A DNA stretch of 64,000 nucleotides, from positions 3,808,001-3,872,000 of the forward strand of contig OZ253462.1 in assembly GCA_965261395.1 (NCBI GenBank), given 5' to 3'. This DNA comes from Candidatus Latescibacterota bacterium. Its GTDB lineage: Bacteria > Latescibacterota > UBA2968 > UBA8231. Of the stretch, positions 1-9,659 are shown piece by piece; positions within the stretch are counted from its first letter, which is position 1, and each line of letters opens with the position of its first letter. The notes beneath the pieces were generated by a model. That model was not told the DNA's origin. It ran no database searches and saw only the letters and a program-made list of their open reading frames with translations. The translations under genes and the position numbers were made by a program.

Positions 1-130
1 CGGAGGGGCACGGTTGGTAGCTGCGCGGGACGGGCTGACCGCTGCCGAACAAGGGACTATCGACAGAAATATCACCGGAGGTCCTGTTTAGACTACGGCA
101 TACGAGGAGGCTGCCACTCGCCATTGACCA

Positions 131-1534
131 TCAATCGACGATGCCGCAGGCTGCGTCCGTCAGGTTGTCGTAGTAGTGTACGTAGGTCACTCCGTCGATG
201 ACTATGCGGTCGGTGTGGGGCAGGTCCTCTTCCCAAGTCATCTCCTCGCCCCAATTGTGCGGCGGGGCGTCTTTTTTGCCCCAGCGGTTGCCGTTGTAGC
301 GGCGGAATAGCACTGTGCGTCCGGCTTGGGTGATATAGGCTTCGACCATGACGTCGCGCTCGGTGGCCTCTTGCTCGATTTCGAAGACGCGCAGGCAAGT
401 GAAACGCTGCTGACCGATATGCACGTCGAACACCCCTGCGCCTATTATTTTGGGTGCGTCGGTCTGGCTTGCGAACGAGCCGTCGGCCTGGGGGCGCAGG
501 CAGCCACAGTCCTCGATCAGGCGTGGTGAAGGGTCCCAATCGTCGTAAAATCCTTCGTCGAGAAAAGTCATCAGTTCCCGCGTGCCGTCGGGGCACAGCG
601 ATTCCACCGCCATCCACTCCACCGCGTCCTCGGTCAGAGCGCCCCAGACTTTGGTGCGGCTATCCTTTTTTTCGCTGGGCGTATTGTCGCCCGTCATTCC
701 CGCGAGATGCTGGTTCTCCACCTCGATTTCGACGCAGGGCCGGCCGTGGATGACCGCGGGTCGGCAGGCTGCTAGCGAGACGGTTTCGGACAGTCTCCAG
801 GGTGCGTCACCTTCTTTGGGTGGCCCATACGAGCCATAGCGGATGCCGTCGCCCACTTCCGGCACGACGAACCACCAAGACATCTCCTTGAAATCAATGC
901 GGAAGGGGGCCTCTTGGCTCGGCTCAATGCGTATTTCGGGCCGGTACTGGGGGAAGGGCCGTTGCTGGCTAGCACTCATGGTCTTGCTCCTCGTCTTGGG
1001 GGTGACGCCCAACACCGTGCGGATTCGGTCGCGCCCGTGCGACAGGCGGCGCTTGACCGTGCCGTCGGGACAGCGGTGGCGGGCGGCTATTTCGGCAATG
1101 CTCAGGCCGTCCAGGTAAAAGGCCTGCAAGGCAGCCCGCTCGCGGTCGGGCACTTCCTCCATGGCCTCGACGATGGCCGCGGCGGCTTCTCGCTGCCGGG
1201 CTTGGGCCACGCCAAAGCGATTGACCATAGGTGCCAAAGCCTCTGTCTCGACAAACAGCTCGCGGCGCTGGGTCGAGCGGAAGTAATCGCGGCAGCGGTT
1301 GCGAGCCACTTGCAGCAACCAAGCCCGCACATCGCGGGGAGTGTCCCGGCGCAGGCCGCTCCAGACGTGTACTAGGGTTTCCTGCAGTACGTCCTGCACT
1401 TGGTCGCCGGAACCGACCCGGTGGCGGATTAATCCCACTAGGGTGCGCTCGTAGCGCCGAATCAGGCGGACGAGAGCTTGCTCGTTGCCCTGCCGCACCT
1501 GCTCGGCTAATAGCTGATCGCTTGGACTGGTCAT
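131..1534 (-). CDS. ECF-type sigma-70 factor with a ~280-aa C-terminal extension
   Basis: Sigma region 2 (DVLQETLVHVW...RAWLLQVARNRCRD) and region 4 (YLDGLSIAEIA...GTVKRRLSHGR) in the first ~175 aa, then a long soluble C-terminal domain; RBS-like AAGGA upstream. Confidence 0.9.
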   Translation of the reverse strand: MTSPSDQLLAEQVRQGNEQALVRLIRRYERTLVGLIRHRVGSGDQVQDVLQETLVHVWSGLRRDTPRDVRAWLLQVARNRCRDYFRSTQRRELFVETEALAPMVNRFGVAQARQREAAAAIVEAMEEVPDRERAALQAFYLDGLSIAEIAARHRCPDGTVKRRLSHGRDRIRTVLGVTPKTRSKTMSASQQRPFPQYRPEIRIEPSQEAPFRIDFKEMSWWFVVPEVGDGIRYGSYGPPKEGDAPWRLSETVSLAACRPAVIHGRPCVEIEVENQHLAGMTGDNTPSEKKDSRTKVWGALTEDAVEWMAVESLCPDGTRELMTFLDEGFYDDWDPSPRLIEDCGCLRPQADGSFASQTDAPKIIGAGVFDVHIGQQRFTCLRVFEIEQEATERDVMVEAYITQAGRTVLFRRYNGNRWGKKDAPPHNWGEEMTWEEDLPHTDRIVIDGVTYVHYYDNLTDAACGIVD

Positions 1535-1557
1535 ACGTCATCTGTCCTTTACCTTAC

Positions 1558-1585
1558 AAGGCGGACATTAGCGGGTAAAGGTTCA
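1558..1585 (-). promoter_or_regulatory. Possible ECF autoregulatory promoter (TGAACC-N16-CGCCTT)
   Basis: AAC-type -35 and CG-type -10 about 25 nt upstream of the ECF sigma start. Confidence 0.35.
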
Positions 1586-1620
1586 CCGAATCCATCCACT
1601 CCTTTAGAAGAAGATCTGCC

Positions 1621-2769
1621 ATGAAACTGTTTTACGTCGCCTGTATTGCGGCCATCGCGTTCGCCGCTTGTGAGGATAAGACTTCTCTGTCTTCCACTGC
1701 GGACGGCGGTGGCACTCCCGTTAAAATTGGATTTCTCGTGTCGGGCGACCGCACTACCTATCCGAATGGGGCGAAGATCGCGGTGGACGAAGTCAACGAG
1801 CGCGGGGGGCTGTTGGGCCGGTCCGTTGAATTGGTCACGCGGATTAACATAGAGGAAGCGGCGGCGGCCGTGCAGGCCGCTGAGACCATGATCCTCACAG
1901 ATCAAGTCGTCGCCCTCATTGGTCCCAACCGCTCCTCGCACGCCATTGAGGTAGGGGCCGCAGCCCAGCGCCACGGCGTGCCGATGATTACCACGGCAGC
2001 CACCAACCCAGCCGTGACCGCAGCCGGTGTCTTTGTCTTCATGGCCGCTTTCACCGACCAGTTTCAAGGGTGGGTCATGGCGCAGTTCGCCAAAGAGACG
2101 CTCGGGGTGGATGCGGTCGCTGTTTTGACGCAGCGCGGGGAAGTCTATACCGAGGGGATCGCCGAATTTTTTACCGCCCATTTTAGCGGCTTTGGGGGAG
2201 AGATCGTCGCCGACGAGTTCTACGAAAGCGGTGCGACGGATTTCGCAGCGCAATTGACCCGCATCGCGGCGGCGGCTCCCGAGGCGGTTTTCCTGTCGGG
2301 TCTGCCGCCAGAAGTAGCGCTGATGACCAAGCAGGCGCGTGCGCTGCCGCTGCAAAATGCAGCCGGGGAACCGACGCTTTTTCTCGGGGCCGATGCCTGG
2401 GACAATCCGACGCTGTTAGACAATGAAGAAGCGGCCGTGGATGGCAGCTTTTTCAGCAGCCACTTTTCGCCGGACACGGACGAGCCGAGTGCGCGTGCGT
2501 TTATCGACGCATACCAAGCCCTGTACGGGATTGTGCCCACCGGCGGCGATGCGGTGAGCTACGATGCGGTGCGCTTGCTCTTGGAAGCTGCAGAGCGAGC
2601 GGGTAGCCTCGACGCGGACGCGATACGGCGGCAACTGTTGGCTACCGAACAGTATGCTGGGGCGACGCGCATTGCCGGCTACGACGAAAACCGCCATCCA
2701 ACCAAAAGCGCGGTGATTATGACCATTGAGAATGGCGCGAAGAAATTCTACCAGCAGGTGGATCCGTAG
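1621..2769 (+). CDS. Branched-chain amino acid (LivJ/LivK-like) ABC substrate-binding lipoprotein
   Basis: Lipobox-like AFAAC; AVDEVNERGGLLGR, LIGPNRSS, DFAAQLTRI and FLGADAWD motifs of periplasmic binding protein family 6. Confidence 0.9.
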   Translation: MKLFYVACIAAIAFAACEDKTSLSSTADGGGTPVKIGFLVSGDRTTYPNGAKIAVDEVNERGGLLGRSVELVTRINIEEAAAAVQAAETMILTDQVVALIGPNRSSHAIEVGAAAQRHGVPMITTAATNPAVTAAGVFVFMAAFTDQFQGWVMAQFAKETLGVDAVAVLTQRGEVYTEGIAEFFTAHFSGFGGEIVADEFYESGATDFAAQLTRIAAAAPEAVFLSGLPPEVALMTKQARALPLQNAAGEPTLFLGADAWDNPTLLDNEEAAVDGSFFSSHFSPDTDEPSARAFIDAYQALYGIVPTGGDAVSYDAVRLLLEAAERAGSLDADAIRRQLLATEQYAGATRIAGYDENRHPTKSAVIMTIENGAKKFYQQVDP

Positions 2770-2922
2770 GGGATTGTATAGGAAAGAATCGGATTCAGAT
2801 ATCCGTCACGTACTTACGCACAAAGCCTACGACCGTGGAGAATGGACGACATGAGTATCATTACCCCACAGCTTCAGCAATTCGCCGGGGAAGCACCCTG
2901 AACCCGGCCGCGGAATGGGCTG

Positions 2923-3762
2923 TCAGTTCTGGCCTTTAAAGTAGATCTCTAGAGCGTTCTTCCCCAAAATCCACGCCTTGTCTTCAACGCTGAAAAAGGG
3001 GATCAACTCCTGCATAATGAGCAGTTCGTAAAAATTGGCCCATACCATCCGCCGCGGCCCAAAGCGGTCGTACACCCGCTCCAAAAAGGGCCAGACATCG
3101 CGGAAGGGCGGTCGTTCCTTGGAAGGATTGTGCAGCGAGGTGCGGATGTACACATTGGGCCAGCGGGCTAGATCGAGCAGCGGCCCAAAGCCCTCGCTAT
3201 CGGGGGCGCTGATGTCGATCATCGCCAGATGGTCGATGACCACTTTGACCCTGGGGAAGCGCTCGGCCATGGCCGCCACCTGCCCCACTTGGTGCGGCGC
3301 TAGGAAGATGTTGAACACCGCGCCCAACTCCTCGGCCCGGTGCCACAGCGGATAGCTGACCTCATCACTGAGCCAGACCACGTCGCGGTCGTAGATGGGA
3401 CTCAAGCGTAGCCCTGCCAAGCCCTGCTCTCGCACGGCCCGTTCCAAGCGCGCCGGATTCTCCGGATCGGCCGGATCGTGCAGCCGGTGTCCCACTAAAA
3501 GGCCGATGGCGGCAAAGCGGTCGGGATAGCGCTGTACGCAGTGGCTGGCATAGCGGTTGTCGCGGCCGTAGTAGCACACCTGGCTGATGACGACCTTGTC
3601 GACTCCATAGGTCCGCATGTGTTCGATGAGGTCTTCGGCCGACTGCTCATAGTCGGGCTTGGCACCGGGGCAGTTGGACAGACATGGGTCGGGCTTAAAG
3701 CGGGGGTCGTGGAGCACCCAGGCGTGCTCGGCGCCGTTGACAATGGGGTAAGAGGTGGCCAC
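2923..3762 (-). CDS. Amidohydrolase_2 family protein
   Basis: N-terminal HxH-like AEHAW, GVDKVVI, VVIDHLA and FGPRRMVWAN motifs. Confidence 0.85.
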   Translation of the reverse strand: MATSYPIVNGAEHAWVLHDPRFKPDPCLSNCPGAKPDYEQSAEDLIEHMRTYGVDKVVISQVCYYGRDNRYASHCVQRYPDRFAAIGLLVGHRLHDPADPENPARLERAVREQGLAGLRLSPIYDRDVVWLSDEVSYPLWHRAEELGAVFNIFLAPHQVGQVAAMAERFPRVKVVIDHLAMIDISAPDSEGFGPLLDLARWPNVYIRTSLHNPSKERPPFRDVWPFLERVYDRFGPRRMVWANFYELLIMQELIPFFSVEDKAWILGKNALEIYFKGQN

Positions 3763-3964
3763 GGCTCACGAAGCGGCAGCGCTGAGCGTGGGCGCGTGCA
3801 ATGCACTCATAGACAATCTTTTGGTTGCGGATTCGCCGGACGGAGCGAGCCTAGAAATGCGCGCTAAAAGTACCTCCTACCGCGGCCCCGGGCAAGCTGC
3901 TCAACGAAATGATGCTTTAATGCGCGCCCAGGTATCGACCGCTACTGTAGCAATGAATTTCAGT

Positions 3965-5752
3965 TCACCGAGCGCCTTGTCCCTCGCCGTACCACTGCGC
4001 CTGCAAAGCCCATAAGCGGGCGTATTCTCCCTTTTGAGACAGCAATTCGTCGTGCGTCCCGTTTTCGAGCAGGCGGCCCTCTTTTAGCACCAAGATCCGG
4101 TCGCACAGACGGGCGGAGCCCAAGCGGTGGGAGACCACGATGGTGGTCCGCTCGCCGGACATGGCGAGAAAGCGCCGGAACACGTCGGCCTCGGCTTGGG
4201 GATCGAGCGACGCGGTCGGCTCGTCGAGCACGATCAGGGCCGCGTTGCGCATGAATCCCCTAGAGATGGCGACGCGCTGCCACTCGCCGCCGGACAGTTC
4301 GGTGCCGCCGGCAAATTCCTTGGTGAGAAGGGTCTGGTAGCGCTTCGGTAGTTGCTCGGCGATGGGGGCGGCTCCACCTTGGTGGGCGGCGTGCTCGATG
4401 GCCGCTTGATCGCCCATCCGCTCGGTGCGTCCCAAGCCGATGTTTTCACCTAGGGAAAAGGCGAAGCGGGTGTAATCTTGGAACACTGCGGTCGATTGGT
4501 CCCACAGGACGTTCCGATCTGCTTGGGTCAGATCGACATCGCCGTAGAGCACCTTTCCTTCCGTGGGGTGGAACAAGCCCAACAGCACCTTGACGAGCGT
4601 GGTCTTGCCCGAGCCGTTGGCACCGACGAGAGCCACGCGCTCGCCGGGCTGGATGGTGAACGAGATGTCGTCGATTGCCGGGCGTTCCGCCTGTGGATAG
4701 CGAAAGGAGAGACCGTTGACCGCAATCGGGACCTCGCCGACGCGGTCGATTGGCTCGCCACCCCTTGGGTCTTCCGGGCCTAGGTCGAGGTAAGTGAAGA
4801 GATCGGCGATGTACAGAAGGCGATTGCCGAGATAACCAAACCGCCAGAAGACCAAATCGACGTGCGTACAGACTTGCTGCAGCGCAACCATCATGGCGGC
4901 GAACTGCCCAGGGGAGAGGTTGCCGTTGGCCACGGCCCAAGCCGACCAGCCGATGCCGGCGGCCAGACCGGCCAAGCTGAAAGCCGATAGCAAGATATTA
5001 ACCTGAGACTGCGAGCGGTGCTGCTGAAAGAGCCGGTCGGCCACCTGCCAGTAGAGATGCTCCCACCAACCGAGCAGGGCCGATCCCAAGTTGAAGACTC
5101 GCACCTCCTTGGCGGCGGCGCGCTCGGTGAGAATGCGCTCCAAGTAGGCCCGCAGGCGCTCGCGCTGGGTCTGCTCGCGCTTGAGGAGAAAGGTGTTCTT
5201 CTCTTGGAGAATCCGAGCTAGTGGCGGCGGCACTGAGACCAAGGCGATGGCGATCAGAAGCAGCGGATTCCACAGCCCGACGACTAAGGCGACGGAGGCG
5301 ACCGTCAGCGTTCCGGTAATTATCGTGTGGATCTCGCCTATGAGGTTGAGAAAGAAGCCGGGCGAGGCTGCCTCTTGTGCCCGGCGCAACACGTCGTGGA
5401 AATCGGCGCGCTCGAAGGTTTCGAGCCGCAGGACGCTTGCTTTGCGCTGGAGTTGGGTGAGTAGCCGGTCCTCCATTTCCTGTTTCAGCCGCTCGACGAG
5501 TAAAGAGAAAAGTTCCAACCTGAACACCACGTGCGCGAGTGCCAGCACGACCCACAGAGCGATCCACACCAGCATGTCTGTCACGGGCAGGTGCCCCTCG
5601 TACACCGCGAGGCTGCGATCGAAAAGCGCCCGCACGACCCATACCGACGCGGCCGGCAGCAGACCGGTGGCGAACTGGAGCACTAGTAAGACGATGGAGT
5701 AGCGGGGATCTGTCTGGATCATCCACTTCAGAAAGCGCAAGAGCGTGCGCAT
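3965..5752 (-). CDS. ABC exporter, fused TMD-NBD
   Basis: Walker A GANGSGKT, signature LSGGEWQR, Walker B IVLDEPT, SHRL; N-terminal TM helices. Start placed at ATG 5752 because the ORF-track extension to 6238 overlaps the upstream gene. Confidence 0.9.
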   Translation of the reverse strand: MRTLLRFLKWMIQTDPRYSIVLLVLQFATGLLPAASVWVVRALFDRSLAVYEGHLPVTDMLVWIALWVVLALAHVVFRLELFSLLVERLKQEMEDRLLTQLQRKASVLRLETFERADFHDVLRRAQEAASPGFFLNLIGEIHTIITGTLTVASVALVVGLWNPLLLIAIALVSVPPPLARILQEKNTFLLKREQTQRERLRAYLERILTERAAAKEVRVFNLGSALLGWWEHLYWQVADRLFQQHRSQSQVNILLSAFSLAGLAAGIGWSAWAVANGNLSPGQFAAMMVALQQVCTHVDLVFWRFGYLGNRLLYIADLFTYLDLGPEDPRGGEPIDRVGEVPIAVNGLSFRYPQAERPAIDDISFTIQPGERVALVGANGSGKTTLVKVLLGLFHPTEGKVLYGDVDLTQADRNVLWDQSTAVFQDYTRFAFSLGENIGLGRTERMGDQAAIEHAAHQGGAAPIAEQLPKRYQTLLTKEFAGGTELSGGEWQRVAISRGFMRNAALIVLDEPTASLDPQAEADVFRRFLAMSGERTTIVVSHRLGSARLCDRILVLKEGRLLENGTHDELLSQKGEYARLWALQAQWYGEGQGAR

Positions 5753-5787
5753 GGTAGGCGGGCGGGCCGCTTTTGCGTCCTGTGAGA

Positions 5788-7701
5788 CTACCGGTACCAC
5801 GAGGCTTGTTCCTCCCACATGGCAGCATAGATACCGCCCTTTGCCACTAGGTCGTCGTGGTGTCCTTGCTCGGCGATGCGCCCGTCCTTGAGAACGAGAA
5901 TGCGGTCGGCCATGCGGGCCGAGCCCAGCCGGTGGCTGATCAACAGGGCGGTGCGGCCGGCGAGCAGTTCGCCAAATTGCCGGTACACTTCGGCTTCGGC
6001 CATGGGGTCCAGAGCCGCGGTCGGCTCGTCGAGGATCAGCAACTCGGGCTGGCGAATGAATGCGCGGGCAATGGCCATGCGCTGCCACTCGCCCCCGGAA
6101 AGCCCTTGCCCACCGTCTAGGACGTGTCCTACCGGAGTGTCGTAGCTGTGGGGCAGGCGCGCGGCGATGGCATCGACTCCGGCTCGCCGCGCTGCGTTTT
6201 CTACCACCGCTGGATCGGGCGGCAGCCACGCCGGCCACAAGTCATCCTCCCGGTCGCTACCGCTGCTGCCAAGGGCACCGATTCCGATTGACTGAGAGGC
6301 GGTGAGTTCAAAGTTGAAGAAGTCTTGGAACGCGGCGCTGACCGCGCTCGCAAGGCTCGTCTGGTCGATCTCGCCGTAGAGGATGCCGTCTACCGCGATC
6401 TCGCCCGACGTTGGTTGGTACAGGCCCAACAGGAGCTTGGCGAGGGTCGATTTTCCCGTGCCATTCTCGCCGACGAGGGCCACTCGTTCTCCTGGCTCAA
6501 GGCGCAGGCTCACTCCTCGCAGAACGGGACGGGGTCTCTCGGCCTCGGTGGTGTCCGCTGCCGGATAGGCGAACCAGACGTCTTCGACGGAAAACCCCTC
6601 ACGCAGCGGTTTGGGGAAGGGCTGGGTTGGTTCGCGGTCGGCTGGTGGTCGTTGCAGCCAAGCGCCGTCGTCCTCGGGCAGGTCGAGAAATTCACGCGCA
6701 TAGCTGATTTCAGCGTTTTGGTTTTGCAGTTCCCGCGAATGATAGCCGAGGCTGGAACCGGCTCTTAGCATGTCGTCCACTCCCCGGAACAGAGCGACAA
6801 AACGGCCGGGCGTGAGGAGCCGGTCGCCGAGAAAATAGGCCAGCGCAACGGCGACGCCGGCTGAGACGCCGAAACGCAAACAGGTGACGGGAAGGGCTCC
6901 TCGGGCCTGTTGCTTTTGTTGTCGCCAGAGTTGCTTTCGCAATGACCGGCGCATGGCCTGCCACCGCTGGCTTAGCGTCTGGTGGAGGGCAAAGAGGCGC
7001 GTCTCTTTTTGTTCGCCCCGTCCGGTGAGGAACCGATTGACGTAGTCGGCCCGGCGCATTTCCTCGGTCTGGCCGTAGGTGAAGCTCATGAATCGCCGGC
7101 TTTATTCGATCGATAGCCGGATCTGCGGGACCAGTACAATTAGAAGAGCCAGTGAGATCCACAGAGAGACTGGGACGAACATGGCCGCAATGGAGAGGGC
7201 TTGGATGCCGGCTCGGAATACGTGCATGGCCGAAAAGAAGAACCGATCGAGCGTACGCCCTGGATTCTTAGCACGTTCCAGTTGGTCGTAAAACGCGCTC
7301 ACCTCAAAGAAGACGAGCGGCAGCCGTGACGCCTTGGCCAGAAAGCGACGGCCGAGCGCGTGTTCGAGGTTCTGTTCGAGCCGTAGATGGAGCGCGTCTC
7401 GGATCTGCCACTGCACGTCGCTTGTGAGCAGGAGGACGAGCCCGAATGCCAGAAGCCACGGCAGGGTCTGTTCAAAGCCAGCGCCCCCTGCACCGGCGGA
7501 GGCGACGACGGTGTCGATGAGGTGCTGGGTGATGTAGATGAGTAGCGCGGGCTGGATGCCCAGGAGTATTTGCACGGCGACGATGCCCAAGGCTGGTGCC
7601 CGTCCGTGCGCCCAGATGTGGGCGAGGGTCCAGCGCAGGTTGGTCCATATGGTCGCTACGTTCGTGCGTCGGTTCCAGAACTCGGGATCGCTCCTCGACA
7701 A
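5788..7701 (-). pseudogene. ABC exporter (TMD-NBD) interrupted by a single in-frame TAA at 7102-7104
   Basis: ORFs 7102..7701 and 5788..7089 share a frame: ...TCG ATC GAA TAA AGC CGG CGA TTC ATG AGC...; read through they give a ~637-codon exporter with GENGTGKS, LSGGEWQR and LILDEPT; AAGGAGG RBS before TTG 7701. Confidence 0.85.
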
Positions 7702-7728
7702 GGTTCCTCCTTAGCTGAAAAGCGACAA

Positions 7729-9303
7729 CTAGTGCGGCAGTACGGTCACTTCCACCTCGTCAATGACGACAGCCCCTTCGGGGAGGCCGGAAGACAACAA
7801 GCGGACGCCGAGGGCATTGTCGCCGTCGCGTATGAGCGGCGACGACAGATCGATAATGCAGGTCGTATGCGCGGGGAGCGGCCGTCCCTGATTCGGGTGC
7901 CGGCCATCGCTGTGCCAGATGTGGCGCACCCTGTCGGCGGGGATGGCCGTGCCGTTGATATCGACCGCAATCTGATCGTAAGGCCCTAAGCCCGTAGCGC
8001 GGAAGAACAGCTTGGCGAAGACGATCTCGTCGAAGTTTTCGTACAGGCGAAAATGATACTGCCCATAAGGCTGCTTCTCCGTCCGCTCAAGGTGGATCTT
8101 GGTGTCTCTGACGATCCCACCTGCGGTCATGCCCGGGGAGCCAAAGGCCATAGAGCCGCCCCACATGGGGTGAAAGAGATAGTGCCGAGCGCCAGCGGCA
8201 ATTTTGGCCGGATCGCGCAGTTCCCGCAGGTAGCTAAGGGCCAGGGGATACATGGCCTCTGACCCGGGATCGCGGGTCGATTTCCAGAAGGCATCCCAGT
8301 GCATCTGAAAATTGTACATGGAGACCCCGTCGGCACCTTGGCGGGCAAACGAGTGGGCCAAGGCGCGGTAGTTTTCGAGCGTCAACGGCGGCCCCGTGCG
8401 GTCGAGGTTGGCGCAATAGGGGAGGAGGCCGGGGATGAGTTCGCACTTGGTGGCTTTGGTGAGTTGGCTGAACTCTTGGTACGGGGCGTTGCAATCCGAA
8501 TACATGGCATCTTGGGGAGCGACGTAGTCGATGAGCGCTTCCGCTATCCAGGTAGGCACATCGAGACCGCAGTTGTGGCACTCCTCCAACGCCTCCGGGA
8601 CGCGGACCCCCAACACTAGGTCGCGGCCTCGGCTGCTTCCGGCTTGGTCCAGCATGTCTCGCACCCGCCGGATCAATTCAGTCATAAGCGGTTGGCGCTC
8701 GCGCGCTAGGCTTCTATCGCCTTGGGGAGCTGGAAAGTAAAGACCTTCGCGGAAGACCAGCTCAAGCCCATCTACGTCGAATTGATCGACGACCTCTGCC
8801 ATTACTGAAAAGAGATAATCGCGCACGCCATCAAAGGTAAAATCCATCCTGTTGCCGGGAACGAAGGCCGCGCCCTGCGGCATCTCCGCAAGTTTCCACT
8901 GCGGATTCTTGTGAAGGAACATCCCCCCTTGGTCGGGCGCGCCGTGGCTGTCGTTCATGCGAAAACCGGCGAGAAAATTCATCCCGTGCTTGCGGGCTTG
9001 GTCCAGCATCACCTGCAGCGGCATGATCCCGTCGTCCATCATGGGGATAAAGCGCCGATGCTGGGGACGGGCGTCGTACTCGAAGCGCGGGGAGCGAAAG
9101 TACAAGGTCCAACCGGCGTTATAGACCTCTTGGATAAAGGTATCGGGTCGGTTGGCAGCGACGTTATCGATTATGCGCCGCAGTTCCTCTGGCTTGGCGG
9201 GGTGTGAGGTTATGAGGGGACGCGCTTTGCCCGGGTCAAAATCGTAGTTGGCATTGCCCGAGGGGTCGCTGACGTAGATGAGCCTCCATTTATCGTGCGG
9301 CAT
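7729..9303 (-). CDS. Glycoside hydrolase-like family 10 (GHL10/DUF187-like) TIM-barrel protein
   Basis: GFRMNDSH, MDFTFDGVRDY, FDVDGLELVF, GLDVPTWI and GADGVSMYNF motifs; GGAGG RBS. Confidence 0.7.
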   Translation of the reverse strand: MPHDKWRLIYVSDPSGNANYDFDPGKARPLITSHPAKPEELRRIIDNVAANRPDTFIQEVYNAGWTLYFRSPRFEYDARPQHRRFIPMMDDGIMPLQVMLDQARKHGMNFLAGFRMNDSHGAPDQGGMFLHKNPQWKLAEMPQGAAFVPGNRMDFTFDGVRDYLFSVMAEVVDQFDVDGLELVFREGLYFPAPQGDRSLARERQPLMTELIRRVRDMLDQAGSSRGRDLVLGVRVPEALEECHNCGLDVPTWIAEALIDYVAPQDAMYSDCNAPYQEFSQLTKATKCELIPGLLPYCANLDRTGPPLTLENYRALAHSFARQGADGVSMYNFQMHWDAFWKSTRDPGSEAMYPLALSYLRELRDPAKIAAGARHYLFHPMWGGSMAFGSPGMTAGGIVRDTKIHLERTEKQPYGQYHFRLYENFDEIVFAKLFFRATGLGPYDQIAVDINGTAIPADRVRHIWHSDGRHPNQGRPLPAHTTCIIDLSSPLIRDGDNALGVRLLSSGLPEGAVVIDEVEVTVLPH

Positions 9304-9455
9304 CTTGTCCTCCAGTAGGAGCTAACGTCGCCGAGTCGGATGGCTTTCGTTTGACCGACTCTGCGATTCCTCGCCTTTAGGCGAAGCAACGTTTATTTTT
9401 ATGGAGTTGTAGAAGGAAGGGCTTTTTGGTGAAACGGCTGCCGACTACCAAATGT

Positions 9456-9502
9456 GCGTCGCAGTTAGGTCGGACTAATTATGTCCAACCCGTGTGCGAC
9501 GC
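9456..9502. terminator. Imperfect hairpin just downstream of the tRNA-Ala 3' end
   Basis: GCGTCGCA...GGTCGGAC-TAATTAT-GTCCAACC...TGCGACGC inverted repeat. Confidence 0.4.
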
Positions 9503-9508
9503 GATGTT

Positions 9509-9584
9509 TGGTGGAGCTGATCGGGATCGAACCGACGACCTCAGGCTTGCAAAGCCCGCGCTCTCCCAGCTGAGCTACAGCCCC
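9509..9584 (-). tRNA. tRNA-Ala (anticodon TGC)
   Basis: Reverse complement is GGGGCTGTAGCTCAGCTGGGAGAGCGCGGGCTTTGCAAGCCTGAGGTCGTCGGTTCGATCCCGATCAGCTCCACCA: 76 nt, G3:U70 pair, GGTTCGA T-loop, encoded CCA. Confidence 0.97.
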
Positions 9585-9659
9585 ATATCCGGTGAGAAAA
9601 AAAGTTAAGTTAGTGGCTGCACTGCGTCAACGCGGCCACGTATAAGCGAAAGGTGGAAT

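Noticed and set aside
1-91. Possible 3' end of a plus-strand gene (GGARLVAARDGLTAAEQGTIDRNITGGPV*)
   Set aside because: Too short to support any call
5753-6238. N-terminal extension of the 757-aa ABC ORF
   Set aside because: It overlaps the NBD of the upstream exporter in another frame and is low-complexity; the real start is near 5752-5800
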